Of a stretch of DNA of 42,395 nucleotides, positions 15,953-27,887 are shown piece by piece. Both the position numbers and the translations under genes were made by a program. Positions within the stretch are counted from its first letter, which is position 1. Each line of letters starts with the position of its first letter. The stretch is taken from assembly GCA_964525565.1 (NCBI GenBank), contig CAZGHI010000011.1, positions 24,612 to 67,006 on the forward strand. The letters are read 5' to 3'. This DNA comes from an uncultured Hyphomicrobiales bacterium (GTDB lineage Bacteria; Bacteroidota; Ignavibacteria; Kapaibacteriales; Kapaibacteriaceae). A model generated the notes under the pieces. That model saw only the letters and a program-made list of their open reading frames with translations. It was not told the origin of the DNA and did not search any database.

Positions 15953-17983
15953 ATGTCTGTTACGAATCTGATTTTCTTTGCTATCCTTCTGTGTGCCTTT
16001 GGGCTATTCTTTCGCAGCGCAGCTCGATTAGTGAGTTATTTGCTTGTTGCGAAATCTGAAAACAGATGGTCCAACATTTCTCAGCGTGTGCGCACAACGC
16101 TTGTTGTTGGATTCGGACAAAGCAAGATCCTCCGTGATCCGGTTGCAGGTCCAATCCATGCGGCCATTTTTTGGGGTTTCTTGGTGTTACTGTTCTCTGC
16201 TGTAGAAATGATCCTCGAGGGGTTGAACCACAACTGGTCGCTAAGTTTCCTTGGACCACTCTACACCGTTATAACAATTGTTACCGATGTGTTCTGTGTA
16301 CTGATAATTGCAAGTACGGTTGTGGCTTTGTGGCGCCGGTACATCACACAGGTTCGCAGATTACAATTCGAAGGAGAAAAACTCGAGGCCGGGTTGATTC
16401 TGCTCACCATCTTCCTCATCGTTAGCGCATTGTTCGTGCAGAATAGCCTCCGCTCGCATGTGTTCGATACCGATTTTGCTTGGGCTGTTCGTCCTCTTGC
16501 GTGGCCATTTGGTAATGGTTTGGCCGGCATGTTGCACAGCACAACGGAGACAGTGTTCTGGATAGCCTGGTGGACGCATGCCGTTCTCATTCTGGGATTC
16601 ATGAACTACCTGCCGTACTCAAAACATTTACATGTGCTCACATCAATCCCTAACGTTTTTTTTGGACCCTTGCATCCCACAAATGCGTTACAGCCTATCA
16701 ATTTTGAGGAAGAGGGAGTAGAAACGTTTGGCGTCTCGGACATCGAAGATTTCTCCTGGAAAACCCTTCTCGATGGTTACACGTGTACCCACTGCGGTCG
16801 GTGCACAAGTGTCTGCCCCGCCAATCAAACCGGAAAGGTGCTTGACCCTCGAGGCATAATTGTTGCCATCCACGAACGAACCATGGACAAAGCCCCTTTA
16901 CTGCTGAAAAAGCAGAAGGGGGCTGAGCTAACGCCGGAAGAGCAGACGTTGTGGGATAAGAAACTCGTTGGAGATTACATCAACCCTGATGCACTTTGGG
17001 CCTGTACAACGTGTGGTGCGTGTATGCAGGAGTGTCCGGTTAACATTGAACACGTGCCGGCCATTGTAGGCATGAGACGCTCGATGGTAATGATGGAGTC
17101 GCAGTTCAACCACGAGAGTGCTTTACTTCCCGATGTGTATGGAAACATGGAAACGAATGCTGTACCGTGGGGTGGATTTTCTCAAGCAGACCGAGCCCAA
17201 TGGGCCGATGGGATGGGTATTACGACTGCAGCAGAGGATCCGGAAATGGAAGTGTTATTCTGGGTTGGCTGTGCAGGTAGTTATGACGAGCGTGCGAAGA
17301 AAATTTCTCGCGCTTTTGCCGAACTGATGCAAGCTGCCGGAGTTCAGTTTCGTATTCTCGGAACAGAAGAACACTGTACCGGTGATGTTGCAAGACGTAC
17401 AGGTAACGAATTCCTGGCAGACATGCTTACCAAGACAAACATTGCAACGTTTCAACAGTATAACGTGAAGAAAATTGTGACAACATGTCCACACTGCTTT
17501 AACACTCTCCGCAATGAATATCCTCAGTTCGGCTTTCAAGCCGAGGTGCTACACCACACCGTTTACATTTCACAGCTCATCAACAGTGGCAGGTTAACCA
17601 TCGACCGTTCTCAGCTTTCTTCGGCATCGGTTGCGTATCACGATAGTTGCTACCTGGGTAGATACAACGAGCTGTATCAAGAACCACGAACGCTGCTGGA
17701 GAATGTTCCCGGGTTAACAATTGTGGAACCCACGTCGCATCAAGATCGGGGCTTGTGTTGTGGGGCAGGCGGTGGACGAATGTTCATGGAGGAAACAGTT
17801 GGCGACCGCGTAAACATTGTTCGCACGCGCGAACTTCTTGAAACAGGAGCATCGACCATTGCGGTAAACTGTCCGTTCTGTACGACCATGATCACCGACG
17901 GCGTTAAAGCAGCAGAGAAAACAGATACGGTGACTGTTGTTGACGTTGCTGAAGTGGTGCTTGAGCATGTCCAACGGGGATAG
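15953..17983 (+). CDS. membrane-anchored Fe-S oxidoreductase: N-terminal polytopic (NarI/DsrM/HmeC-like) domain fused to a 2x[4Fe-4S] ferredoxin and two CCG (HdrD/GlcF-like) domains
   Basis: There are about five hydrophobic helices in the first roughly 230 aa. Motifs are CTHCGRCTSVCP and CTTCGACMQECP. The cysteine-rich CCG-type repeats are WVGCAGSYD...TTCPHCFNTL and YHDSCYLGRYN...GLCCGAGGG...VNCPFCTTM. I prefer ATG at 15953 over TTG at 15935. Confidence 0.8.
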   Translation: MSVTNLIFFAILLCAFGLFFRSAARLVSYLLVAKSENRWSNISQRVRTTLVVGFGQSKILRDPVAGPIHAAIFWGFLVLLFSAVEMILEGLNHNWSLSFLGPLYTVITIVTDVFCVLIIASTVVALWRRYITQVRRLQFEGEKLEAGLILLTIFLIVSALFVQNSLRSHVFDTDFAWAVRPLAWPFGNGLAGMLHSTTETVFWIAWWTHAVLILGFMNYLPYSKHLHVLTSIPNVFFGPLHPTNALQPINFEEEGVETFGVSDIEDFSWKTLLDGYTCTHCGRCTSVCPANQTGKVLDPRGIIVAIHERTMDKAPLLLKKQKGAELTPEEQTLWDKKLVGDYINPDALWACTTCGACMQECPVNIEHVPAIVGMRRSMVMMESQFNHESALLPDVYGNMETNAVPWGGFSQADRAQWADGMGITTAAEDPEMEVLFWVGCAGSYDERAKKISRAFAELMQAAGVQFRILGTEEHCTGDVARRTGNEFLADMLTKTNIATFQQYNVKKIVTTCPHCFNTLRNEYPQFGFQAEVLHHTVYISQLINSGRLTIDRSQLSSASVAYHDSCYLGRYNELYQEPRTLLENVPGLTIVEPTSHQDRGLCCGAGGGRMFMEETVGDRVNIVRTRELLETGASTIAVNCPFCTTMITDGVKAAEKTDTVTVVDVAEVVLEHVQRG

Positions 17984-18623
17984 TTTCATCGAACACCAAT
18001 CACAACAGTGGAGACTAGCCTGGATCCTTGCCCTGGGAACAATGTTCTATAACATAGTCGAGGGAATGGTGTCGCTTGTTTGGGGAATGTCAGACGAGGT
18101 TCTGACGTTAGCTGGCTTTGGCATGGATTCGCTCATCGAGGTTGTGAGTGCTACAGGTGTTGCACACATGATTGTACGCTTGCGCTACCATGGCCCTCAG
18201 CATCGCGACCATTTTGAGCGTACAGCATTACGGATAACGGGACTATCGTTTTATGGGCTGGCCGTTGCACTTGGAATAACAGTACTCTGGAGCATCATGG
18301 CCGACCATAGACCGGAGAGCACAACAGCCGGCATCGTTGTTTCTACTATTTCAATTGCCGTTATGGGTGCGCTTATTGTTGCCAAGTCACGCATCGGTAT
18401 CACGCTTCAGTCTGAGCCTATTATTGCAGACGCACAATGCTCACGAGTATGCCTGTATATGAGCATTGTACTTTTACTGGCATCCGTGATGTACAGCATT
18501 TCAGGTATTGGCTACGTAGATGCTGCAGGTGCAGCAGTACTAGCGTGGTTCTCAGTTCGTGAAGCGAACGAGTGTTTCCGGAAGGCTCAAGGCAAAGCTT
18601 GTTCGGACTCGTGCTGTTCATAG
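17967..18623 (+). CDS. polytopic membrane protein, cation-efflux (CDF) transmembrane-domain-like, without an obvious cytoplasmic domain
   Basis: There are about five or six hydrophobic helices. DSLIEVVSA and IIADAQCSRVCLYMS are reminiscent of CDF TM2/TM5 metal-site motifs. The start is ambiguous (17937 or 17967) and overlaps the upstream gene. Confidence 0.45.
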   Translation: MSNGDSFIEHQSQQWRLAWILALGTMFYNIVEGMVSLVWGMSDEVLTLAGFGMDSLIEVVSATGVAHMIVRLRYHGPQHRDHFERTALRITGLSFYGLAVALGITVLWSIMADHRPESTTAGIVVSTISIAVMGALIVAKSRIGITLQSEPIIADAQCSRVCLYMSIVLLLASVMYSISGIGYVDAAGAAVLAWFSVREANECFRKAQGKACSDSCCS

Positions 18624-18646
18624 TACCGAGCGAGCACGTAAACCAA

Positions 18647-19933
18647 CTATACAACTCGCAAGGCCGTAGCAAGTGTTCGTGCAACTTCGGCAGCAAGCAC
18701 ATCCCGTCGGTGTTGATCAACGAAATCCTCATTTGGCTGCGGCAGCGTACCGGCCATCCATGAGTCGTACATGCTCATTACTGCGTCCATTATTGCCTCT
18801 ACGTCGGAAGGTGGAGTAATCCACGATGCTTTGTATCGACGTGCATCGGCAGTTGCTGTTCCTTCGGGAGCACAGACCAGGATCGGTTTACGTGTTCCAA
18901 AGTATTCATACAACTTTGCCGGCGCCCACGTATCTACATTTCTCGTATCTCCAAGCATCATCCATAGAGCATCGCTATTCTGAATGAGATTCACGGATTC
19001 GTTATGTGGCAGATAACCATGGTCAACAACAATACTATCGAGCTTCATTCTCCGCGCTTTACGACGGTACTCCTCTCGCAGCATCCCGGCAAAATGGAGC
19101 TCAATACGGATGTCCGGACGAACCTTTAATAGCTTGCGGATAGCTCGAAAAACATATGTTGGCGTAACAACATCGTAAAACGTACCAGTAAACGTTAATC
19201 GGAATGGCTGCTCAGATGTCCGAGTGGAACGCTGCGGTAACGCCGAGAAGTCCTGCGGGTCCCATCCGTGGGGTATAATCGCAACGTCGCGAAAGTCCAG
19301 GTGCGGATAGGTGGCAATCAGGAATTCCTTCATCCTACGATTGGTAACTGTAATCCGCGACGCTCGTGCCAACGTCTGATGCTCCAGACGTTTATGCTGA
19401 TGCTTGTGCCACAGCGTTGGATATGAATGGAACTGATTTCCGAACCACAGGTCTCGATAATCAGCGACAAAAGGAATGCCGGTTTCACCGTTGAGTTGTG
19501 CACCCGCCATAAGCGTACTAAAGGGCGGTCCACTAGCGTAGATCACGTCAATCGGGAACTGTCCGATTACATCCCGCGCTTGTGCCACGGCCTTTCTGGC
19601 CCATCCTTTTTTGTTATCCGGAACGAACAGTGCACTGCTTAGTTTGCTCAGAGTCTTTCGAATACGCTCCCTGGGCATGGGAACAGTACCTGTTTCAACA
19701 AGCTTTTTCATGCGCGCCGATGGTTCGGTACGGATAATCTCAACGCCTGCATCCTGCACTTCTTGTAGTAGCGTACGATCTTCAGCATAGTACAACGTTG
19801 GTCCGGTTGTTACCACAATGGGTTTCCAACCAGCATCAGGGAGGTATTTCACAAGTTTGGCTATGCGCTGAACGCCGCTCAGGCCCATTGGCGGAAAGTA
19901 GTAAGCCAGGACCAAGACTGTATGTTGTGCCAT
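18647..19933 (-). CDS. GT-B fold glycosyltransferase (family 4-like)
   Basis: The N-terminus VLVLAYYFPPMGLSGVQRIAKLVKYLPDAGWKPIVVT is typical of GT4 N-terminal domains. A C-terminal Rossmann-like half is present. The gene is tightly packed after pepP, with a 3-nt gap. Confidence 0.65.
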   Translation of the reverse strand: MAQHTVLVLAYYFPPMGLSGVQRIAKLVKYLPDAGWKPIVVTTGPTLYYAEDRTLLQEVQDAGVEIIRTEPSARMKKLVETGTVPMPRERIRKTLSKLSSALFVPDNKKGWARKAVAQARDVIGQFPIDVIYASGPPFSTLMAGAQLNGETGIPFVADYRDLWFGNQFHSYPTLWHKHQHKRLEHQTLARASRITVTNRRMKEFLIATYPHLDFRDVAIIPHGWDPQDFSALPQRSTRTSEQPFRLTFTGTFYDVVTPTYVFRAIRKLLKVRPDIRIELHFAGMLREEYRRKARRMKLDSIVVDHGYLPHNESVNLIQNSDALWMMLGDTRNVDTWAPAKLYEYFGTRKPILVCAPEGTATADARRYKASWITPPSDVEAIMDAVMSMYDSWMAGTLPQPNEDFVDQHRRDVLAAEVARTLATALRVV

Positions 19934-19936
19934 GAA

Positions 19937-21040
19937 TTAAACGATTACGAGTTCACGTGGTGCGGTAGTGAGGATCACGGAACCTTTTTTCTGAACAATC
20001 ACATCGTCTTCGATTCGCATACCAAATTTTCCAGGTAGATAGATACCGGGCTCTATTGTAATAACGCAGTTTTCTTTGAGCTTTCCGGTGGTATTGCTTT
20101 GAGCTACTCTGGGATGTTCATGCACGTCGTACCCCAGCCCATGACCCAGCGAATGCTTGAAGTTGTTTCCGTAGCCGGCTTGAGTAATAATGTTTCTTGC
20201 CGCTGCATCGAGATCGGCGCCACTGATTCCGGCTTTTACTGCATCCAGTGCGGAAAGATGTGCATCATACAAAACAGCAAATACATCAACTGTGCTCTTA
20301 GATGGAGTACCGATGCTAAACGTACGGGTCATGTCGCTGTACAGTCCGTTTATACAGCACCCAAAGTCAACAGTAACAACAGTATTCTTCTTCAGCTTTG
20401 CATGTGTAGCTCTTCCGTGTGGCATTGCACTACGAGGTCCGGATACTACGATAATGTCAAACGCATCTCTTTCCGACCCAAGTGATCGTGTGGTATGCGA
20501 TAAGAATGTGGCAACCTCATGCTCCGTCATACCGGCACCAACAATGCCCAACATCTTGATATACGCCGTGGAAGCAATTTCTGCGGCCTTAGCGATGGAA
20601 GCGAGTTCGTTGGATGTTTTTACTTGTGTTATTGCGGAGACAATGTCCGGCACTTCGACAGTTTTTGCCGGTGCCACTGCCTTCTTTATGGCTTTAAACT
20701 CTGACACTGTTGTGTTGTTTGGTGTAAAACCAACACGTGTTGCAGAGCCACCAATGCCGGCATCGGATACAGCTTTCCACACATCGCGGGTGATGTGTAC
20801 GCGTAAACCGTCAAGCGGAAGCAGTTCGTTTTTTACTTGAACTTCATACAGATCATTCGTAAAAAAGTAAACATTCTTCCTTGTTACAATCATGCGGGCA
20901 AACGATCCGCTAAAACCGCTGATGTAGCGGATGTCTGTTGGTTGAACAAGAATCATACTGTCAACCCCGTTCTGTTTCATTGCAGTACGTAGTTGACGCA
21001 ACCTGTCGTGGGCTGCATTCATGGTGGCTTTCGATGCCAT
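19937..21040 (-). CDS. pepP: Xaa-Pro aminopeptidase / M24B family peptidase
   Basis: HSLGHGLGYDVHEHP, EPGIY and GMRIEDDV are metal-ligand motifs of the M24 pita-bread fold. A creatinase-like N-terminal domain is present. Confidence 0.85.
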   Translation of the reverse strand: MASKATMNAAHDRLRQLRTAMKQNGVDSMILVQPTDIRYISGFSGSFARMIVTRKNVYFFTNDLYEVQVKNELLPLDGLRVHITRDVWKAVSDAGIGGSATRVGFTPNNTTVSEFKAIKKAVAPAKTVEVPDIVSAITQVKTSNELASIAKAAEIASTAYIKMLGIVGAGMTEHEVATFLSHTTRSLGSERDAFDIIVVSGPRSAMPHGRATHAKLKKNTVVTVDFGCCINGLYSDMTRTFSIGTPSKSTVDVFAVLYDAHLSALDAVKAGISGADLDAAARNIITQAGYGNNFKHSLGHGLGYDVHEHPRVAQSNTTGKLKENCVITIEPGIYLPGKFGMRIEDDVIVQKKGSVILTTAPRELVIV

Positions 21041-21041
21041 G

Positions 21042-22532
<1,491 letters not shown>

Positions 22533-22585
22533 TCATTGTGCTGGATGTATCGAGGAATGGCACGCTAGTTGCAGCGTATGCTTGA

Positions 22586-22993
22586 ATGCAGCATTTAAGA
22601 ATCGTGATTGCTCTGATTAGTGCCGCAATCTTTACGTCGTGCAGTGAATCAACGCAACCGGCGGAGTCCGATGAGCGCTTTGCTGATATTGTGGACGTGA
22701 AACTAAGTGTCCATGCGGACGGCCTTACCTGTTTGTTATACGTTAAAACCTATCGTTCCTGTGAAGAGCCTCGGGTGGCACATTCAAATGTGAGTGCCAG
22801 CGGATTAGAGCTTGGTGTTACGACGTTCAAACTTGCTACGTCGGAGTGTACGCCAGATACTACGGTAAAGAAGGTTTGGCACACGTTTACCGGGCTAAGT
22901 GGGGGAGCCAGTTACTCACTGAGAATTCAATCAGAACGAGATACCCGCACTAACAAAAAGGTTGATACAACAGTTGTTGTGAATATCCCTTAA
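22586..22993 (+). CDS. small hypothetical lipoprotein
   Basis: MQHLRIVIALISAAIFTSCSES is a lipoprotein-like signal peptide. I recognise no family. Its stop overlaps the convergent atpC stop. Confidence 0.5.
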   Translation: MQHLRIVIALISAAIFTSCSESTQPAESDERFADIVDVKLSVHADGLTCLLYVKTYRSCEEPRVAHSNVSASGLELGVTTFKLATSECTPDTTVKKVWHTFTGLSGGASYSLRIQSERDTRTNKKVDTTVVVNIP

Positions 22994-23406
22994 GCTGCTT
23001 CCGATTGGATACGCACGGCACGTTCACATGCCTCTGCCCAATGCAGATCTTGTAATGCCTGGCTTCTCTCTGCTCTATCAGTGGCGGCATTCCATCGTTC
23101 GCGTGCAGCAACAACCGATGCCGAGGCCGAGTTCGCATCAATGAGCGAAGCGGGCAACAGCTCTTCAACAACAATATTCACGCGGTTACGCAAAACTTCT
23201 ACAAAGCCCTCGCGCGAGGCGAATACAAAAACGTTGTTCTTAGTGTCTTCCACTTTGAGTACACCGATATCAAGCGACGAGATGATGGGTGCGTGGTTAT
23301 GAAGAATCTGAAATGGACTCTTTGATCCCGGAACACTTACTGCTAGAGCTTCTCCTTCGAATGCCACAGACTGAGGCGTAACGATACTTACGGATAGTGC
23401 TGTCAT
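22990..23406 (-). CDS. atpC: F0F1 ATP synthase subunit epsilon
   Basis: It lies directly downstream of atpD (8-nt gap). The sequence LSVSIVTPQSVAFEGEALAVSVPGSKSPFQILHNHAPIISSLDIGVLKV shows the epsilon pattern. Confidence 0.85.
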   Translation of the reverse strand: MTALSVSIVTPQSVAFEGEALAVSVPGSKSPFQILHNHAPIISSLDIGVLKVEDTKNNVFVFASREGFVEVLRNRVNIVVEELLPASLIDANSASASVVAARERWNAATDRAERSQALQDLHWAEACERAVRIQSEAA

Positions 23407-23414
23407 GACGTTCC

Positions 23415-24944
<1,530 letters not shown>

Positions 24945-25043
24945 TCAGGCTAATCTGCATGGAAACAATCGGCGGTCGTGCATAAGTCGTGCTGCCATAA
25001 ACGAAGCGATGGCATACCACAGGACTTTTCATTCGTCCGATGA

Positions 25044-26657
25044 CTACTCGGGCTTGCGGTTTTCAGCAATCCCGATGAACATGTATCCAACGGTATCATG
25101 CCCGCGGACAATCGCACTCGTGTCTATGTGCCTTGCCTGGCCATACCATTCTGTAAAGCGTTCGGGGGGGGTGTACACTCTGCTTGTTGAAACGAACCAC
25201 ACCTTATTCGGTAGCAGCGGTGACTGTTGCTTATTGTAGAACCAATACATGTGAACATCGCGAAGTGGCCCCAGGGGAACAACACGAAGCTGAAGCGGAT
25301 AGGCTAAGAAGTATTCGCATCGTGCTAGGGTGAACCAACGGGTGCCAGTGATAGGTGCATGCTCCGGCATCAGTCCACTTCGAATGGTTTCCGCTCGAAC
25401 AACGGCAAATCTCTCTGCAACCTGTTCCCATCCGAATACGTCCTGGAATACATCGTTTCTACCGTATTCTTCAAGACGTTCCGTGGCAGCGGGCGCTGGC
25501 AGCAGCCAGCCTGTTCGGACAATGGTCATCGCAAGTATGCTCACTGCCAGCATTACACACAGCGAAAGACGAATTCCAACCGGTAACATGGGTTTTAATC
25601 CGTTACCGTATAATGTGTTCGAGGCAATCAACATCAGCCCTACGTACCCTGCTGCCCCCCAATGTGGAAGGGTACTGCGAAAAGCAGAGACCACAATAAA
25701 GAGCACAACGAGGGGTACACTGATGAGCAGCAAGTAGCGGTAGCAATCAGCCGTTGGATGGCGCAGAGATCGCACCAAACCCATCACAACCAAGCCCCAT
25801 ACAATAGGGTTCTGGTACCCAATCTGACCAACGATTTCCTGCAGTAAGGTGTTTAGGTTTACGTGTAGGTCGGATGGGACAAGTGTACGCCCCTGCATGG
25901 AAATGCTGCCGGTGCTTACAAAACTCTCGAAACCATTGGATGCATGCCAAAACACCATTGGCAGTGTGCACAGCAGAGCAACGAAGAATGCACCATAAAT
26001 GTATGGTTTCTTAAACCAGCTACGCCGATACAGGGCAACAAACGCAAGGGTACCCACAGCTAAAAACGCCGCTTGATACTTCGAGGCCATGGCCAATCCA
26101 ATGCTTAACCCCACCCACACAAGCAGCCAGCCGTCCTGTGATATTTTGAACACCTGGCTCATCCTAGGTTCGCTCGATCGAGGTTGTATCAGCGATAACA
26201 TAAGGTTGATAGACACAAGCCAGAAAAACACAAGTGGCGTATCAGGTAAAACGATTGTTCCGGAGATCACTGCACCGTACGTAGAGGCAGCAAACAAACC
26301 GGCCGAAGCTACTGCAGTGCGAACGGTACCCAGTTTTCTTCCGGCACTGTACATCAACCAAATATTCAGTGTACCAAGAACGAGTGCGGGTAAACGAACG
26401 GCAAGGGCACTATGCAGCTCTGCATTGATTGTAAAGAGTCGGATGAGCCAGCCAACCATACCCGGATGGTCGTAGTAGGCCAGCGAAGGGTGGACGGCAT
26501 ACGACCAATAGTACACTTCGTCGTTACCAAGTTCGAGAAGAAGAGCAAGGCAACAGCGAACAACAAATGATAAAGCCATAAGCCACAACACGATGCGCAA
26601 TCCTGCACGTTCAGGATCAGAGGTTGTTATGGTGGTATCTTTGTACACTTTTCTCAC
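25044..26657 (-). CDS. ArnT-like glycosyltransferase family 39 (dolichyl-phosphate-mannose-protein mannosyltransferase-like) membrane protein
   Basis: It has many TM helices. The N-terminal loop motif ELGNDEVYYWSYA corresponds to the DE-x-YYW motif of PMT_2/ArnT-like enzymes. It ends in a soluble C-terminal domain. The GTG start at 26657 is uncertain; ATG at 26579 is an alternative. Confidence 0.8.
   Translation of the reverse strand: MRKVYKDTTITTSDPERAGLRIVLWLMALSFVVRCCLALLLELGNDEVYYWSYAVHPSLAYYDHPGMVGWLIRLFTINAELHSALAVRLPALVLGTLNIWLMYSAGRKLGTVRTAVASAGLFAASTYGAVISGTIVLPDTPLVFFWLVSINLMLSLIQPRSSEPRMSQVFKISQDGWLLVWVGLSIGLAMASKYQAAFLAVGTLAFVALYRRSWFKKPYIYGAFFVALLCTLPMVFWHASNGFESFVSTGSISMQGRTLVPSDLHVNLNTLLQEIVGQIGYQNPIVWGLVVMGLVRSLRHPTADCYRYLLLISVPLVVLFIVVSAFRSTLPHWGAAGYVGLMLIASNTLYGNGLKPMLPVGIRLSLCVMLAVSILAMTIVRTGWLLPAPAATERLEEYGRNDVFQDVFGWEQVAERFAVVRAETIRSGLMPEHAPITGTRWFTLARCEYFLAYPLQLRVVPLGPLRDVHMYWFYNKQQSPLLPNKVWFVSTSRVYTPPERFTEWYGQARHIDTSAIVRGHDTVGYMFIGIAENRKPE
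25164..25171 (-). repeat. G8 on the plus strand (C8 on the coding strand), encoding P-P in the GT39 CDS
   Basis: Direct reading of the sequence: ttcggggggggtg. Confidence 0.95.
26636..26643 (+). promoter_or_regulatory. TATCTTTG, matching TAnnTTTG, upstream of the thiolase gene
   Basis: Exact match, 30 nt upstream of the ATG at 26673. It lies inside the first codons of the divergent GT39 ORF as called. Confidence 0.35.
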
Positions 26658-26672
26658 ACAACAATCGCTATT

Positions 26673-27842
26673 ATGTCGTACATCATTTCCGCAGCCCGCA
26701 CACCAATTGGGTCGCTCCTTGGGTCGTTAAGTGACTTTTCTGCTCCTCAATTAGGAGCTTTCGCCATTAAAGCCGCTGTTGAACGTGCACAACTTAACGC
26801 CGATCAGGTGGACGAAGTTATCATGGGGAATGTGCTCACCGGTGGAGTGGGGCAGGCTCCGGCACGTCAGGCTGCCATCTATGCAGGACTATCAAAGCAT
26901 ACAGCATGTATGACGATTAACAAGGTATGCGGTTCCGGACTGAAGGCGGTGATGTTGGCAGACCAGGCAGTTCGCTGCGGAGATGCTCACGTAATTGTGG
27001 CGGGAGGGCAAGAATCCATGACCAATGCCCCACACGCCATGCTTGATAGCCGCAAAGGGGTAAAATTCGGCAACGCCCGTATGGTGGATCTGATGCAATG
27101 GGATGGTTTATGGGATGTGTATAACCAGGTACCGATGGGTGATGCAGCCGAACTCTGTGCCAGCGATTGCAACATCGGAAGAGAGGCACAAGACGCATTC
27201 ACGATTGACTCTTACAAACGGGCTCAGGCCGCAATCGCATCCGGTGCCTTCAGCAATGAGATCGTGCCCATTGTAGTACACGGAAAAAAAGGCGACGTTG
27301 TAATAGATACCGACGAAGAACCGTCACGTGTTCAGTTCGACAAGATTCCAACTCTAAAACCGGTGTTCAAAAAGGATGGCACAGTTACGGCTGCCAACGC
27401 CAGCACAATTAACGATGGTGCTGCTGCACTTGTGATTGCCAGTGAACAAGCAGTTGTCTCACAGAACATGAAGCCTATGGCGCGAATTCTTTCACAAGCC
27501 TCGTATGCACAGGACCCCATGTGGTTTACGACATCACCGATCGAGGCAATAAACAAAGTTGTGGCAAAGGCCGGGCTTACCATCAACGACATTGACTTGT
27601 TCGAAATCAACGAAGCCTTTGCTGTTGTTACTCTAGCCGCTGAACAAAAACTCGGAATACCTCATGAAAAAGTAAATGTGAACGGTGGTGCCGTTGCTCT
27701 CGGACATCCGATTGGAGCAAGTGGTGCTCGGATACTAACAACACTTTTGTATGCACTCAAACATCGCAGTCTAAAGCGGGGGCTCGCAACATTGTGTATA
27801 GGTGGAGGTGAAGCCAGCGCCGTTGTCGTTGAACTTGTTTAA
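26673..27842 (+). CDS. acetyl-CoA C-acetyltransferase (thiolase II)
   Basis: NKVCGSGLKAV (active-site Cys), NGGAVALGHPIGASGARIL and CIGGGEA are present. The length is 389 aa. Confidence 0.93.
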   Translation: MSYIISAARTPIGSLLGSLSDFSAPQLGAFAIKAAVERAQLNADQVDEVIMGNVLTGGVGQAPARQAAIYAGLSKHTACMTINKVCGSGLKAVMLADQAVRCGDAHVIVAGGQESMTNAPHAMLDSRKGVKFGNARMVDLMQWDGLWDVYNQVPMGDAAELCASDCNIGREAQDAFTIDSYKRAQAAIASGAFSNEIVPIVVHGKKGDVVIDTDEEPSRVQFDKIPTLKPVFKKDGTVTAANASTINDGAAALVIASEQAVVSQNMKPMARILSQASYAQDPMWFTTSPIEAINKVVAKAGLTINDIDLFEINEAFAVVTLAAEQKLGIPHEKVNVNGGAVALGHPIGASGARILTTLLYALKHRSLKRGLATLCIGGGEASAVVVELV

Positions 27843-27887
27843 TACTCATCACGTCGAATCAACTTTCATACTGTTAAACCGAGAACT

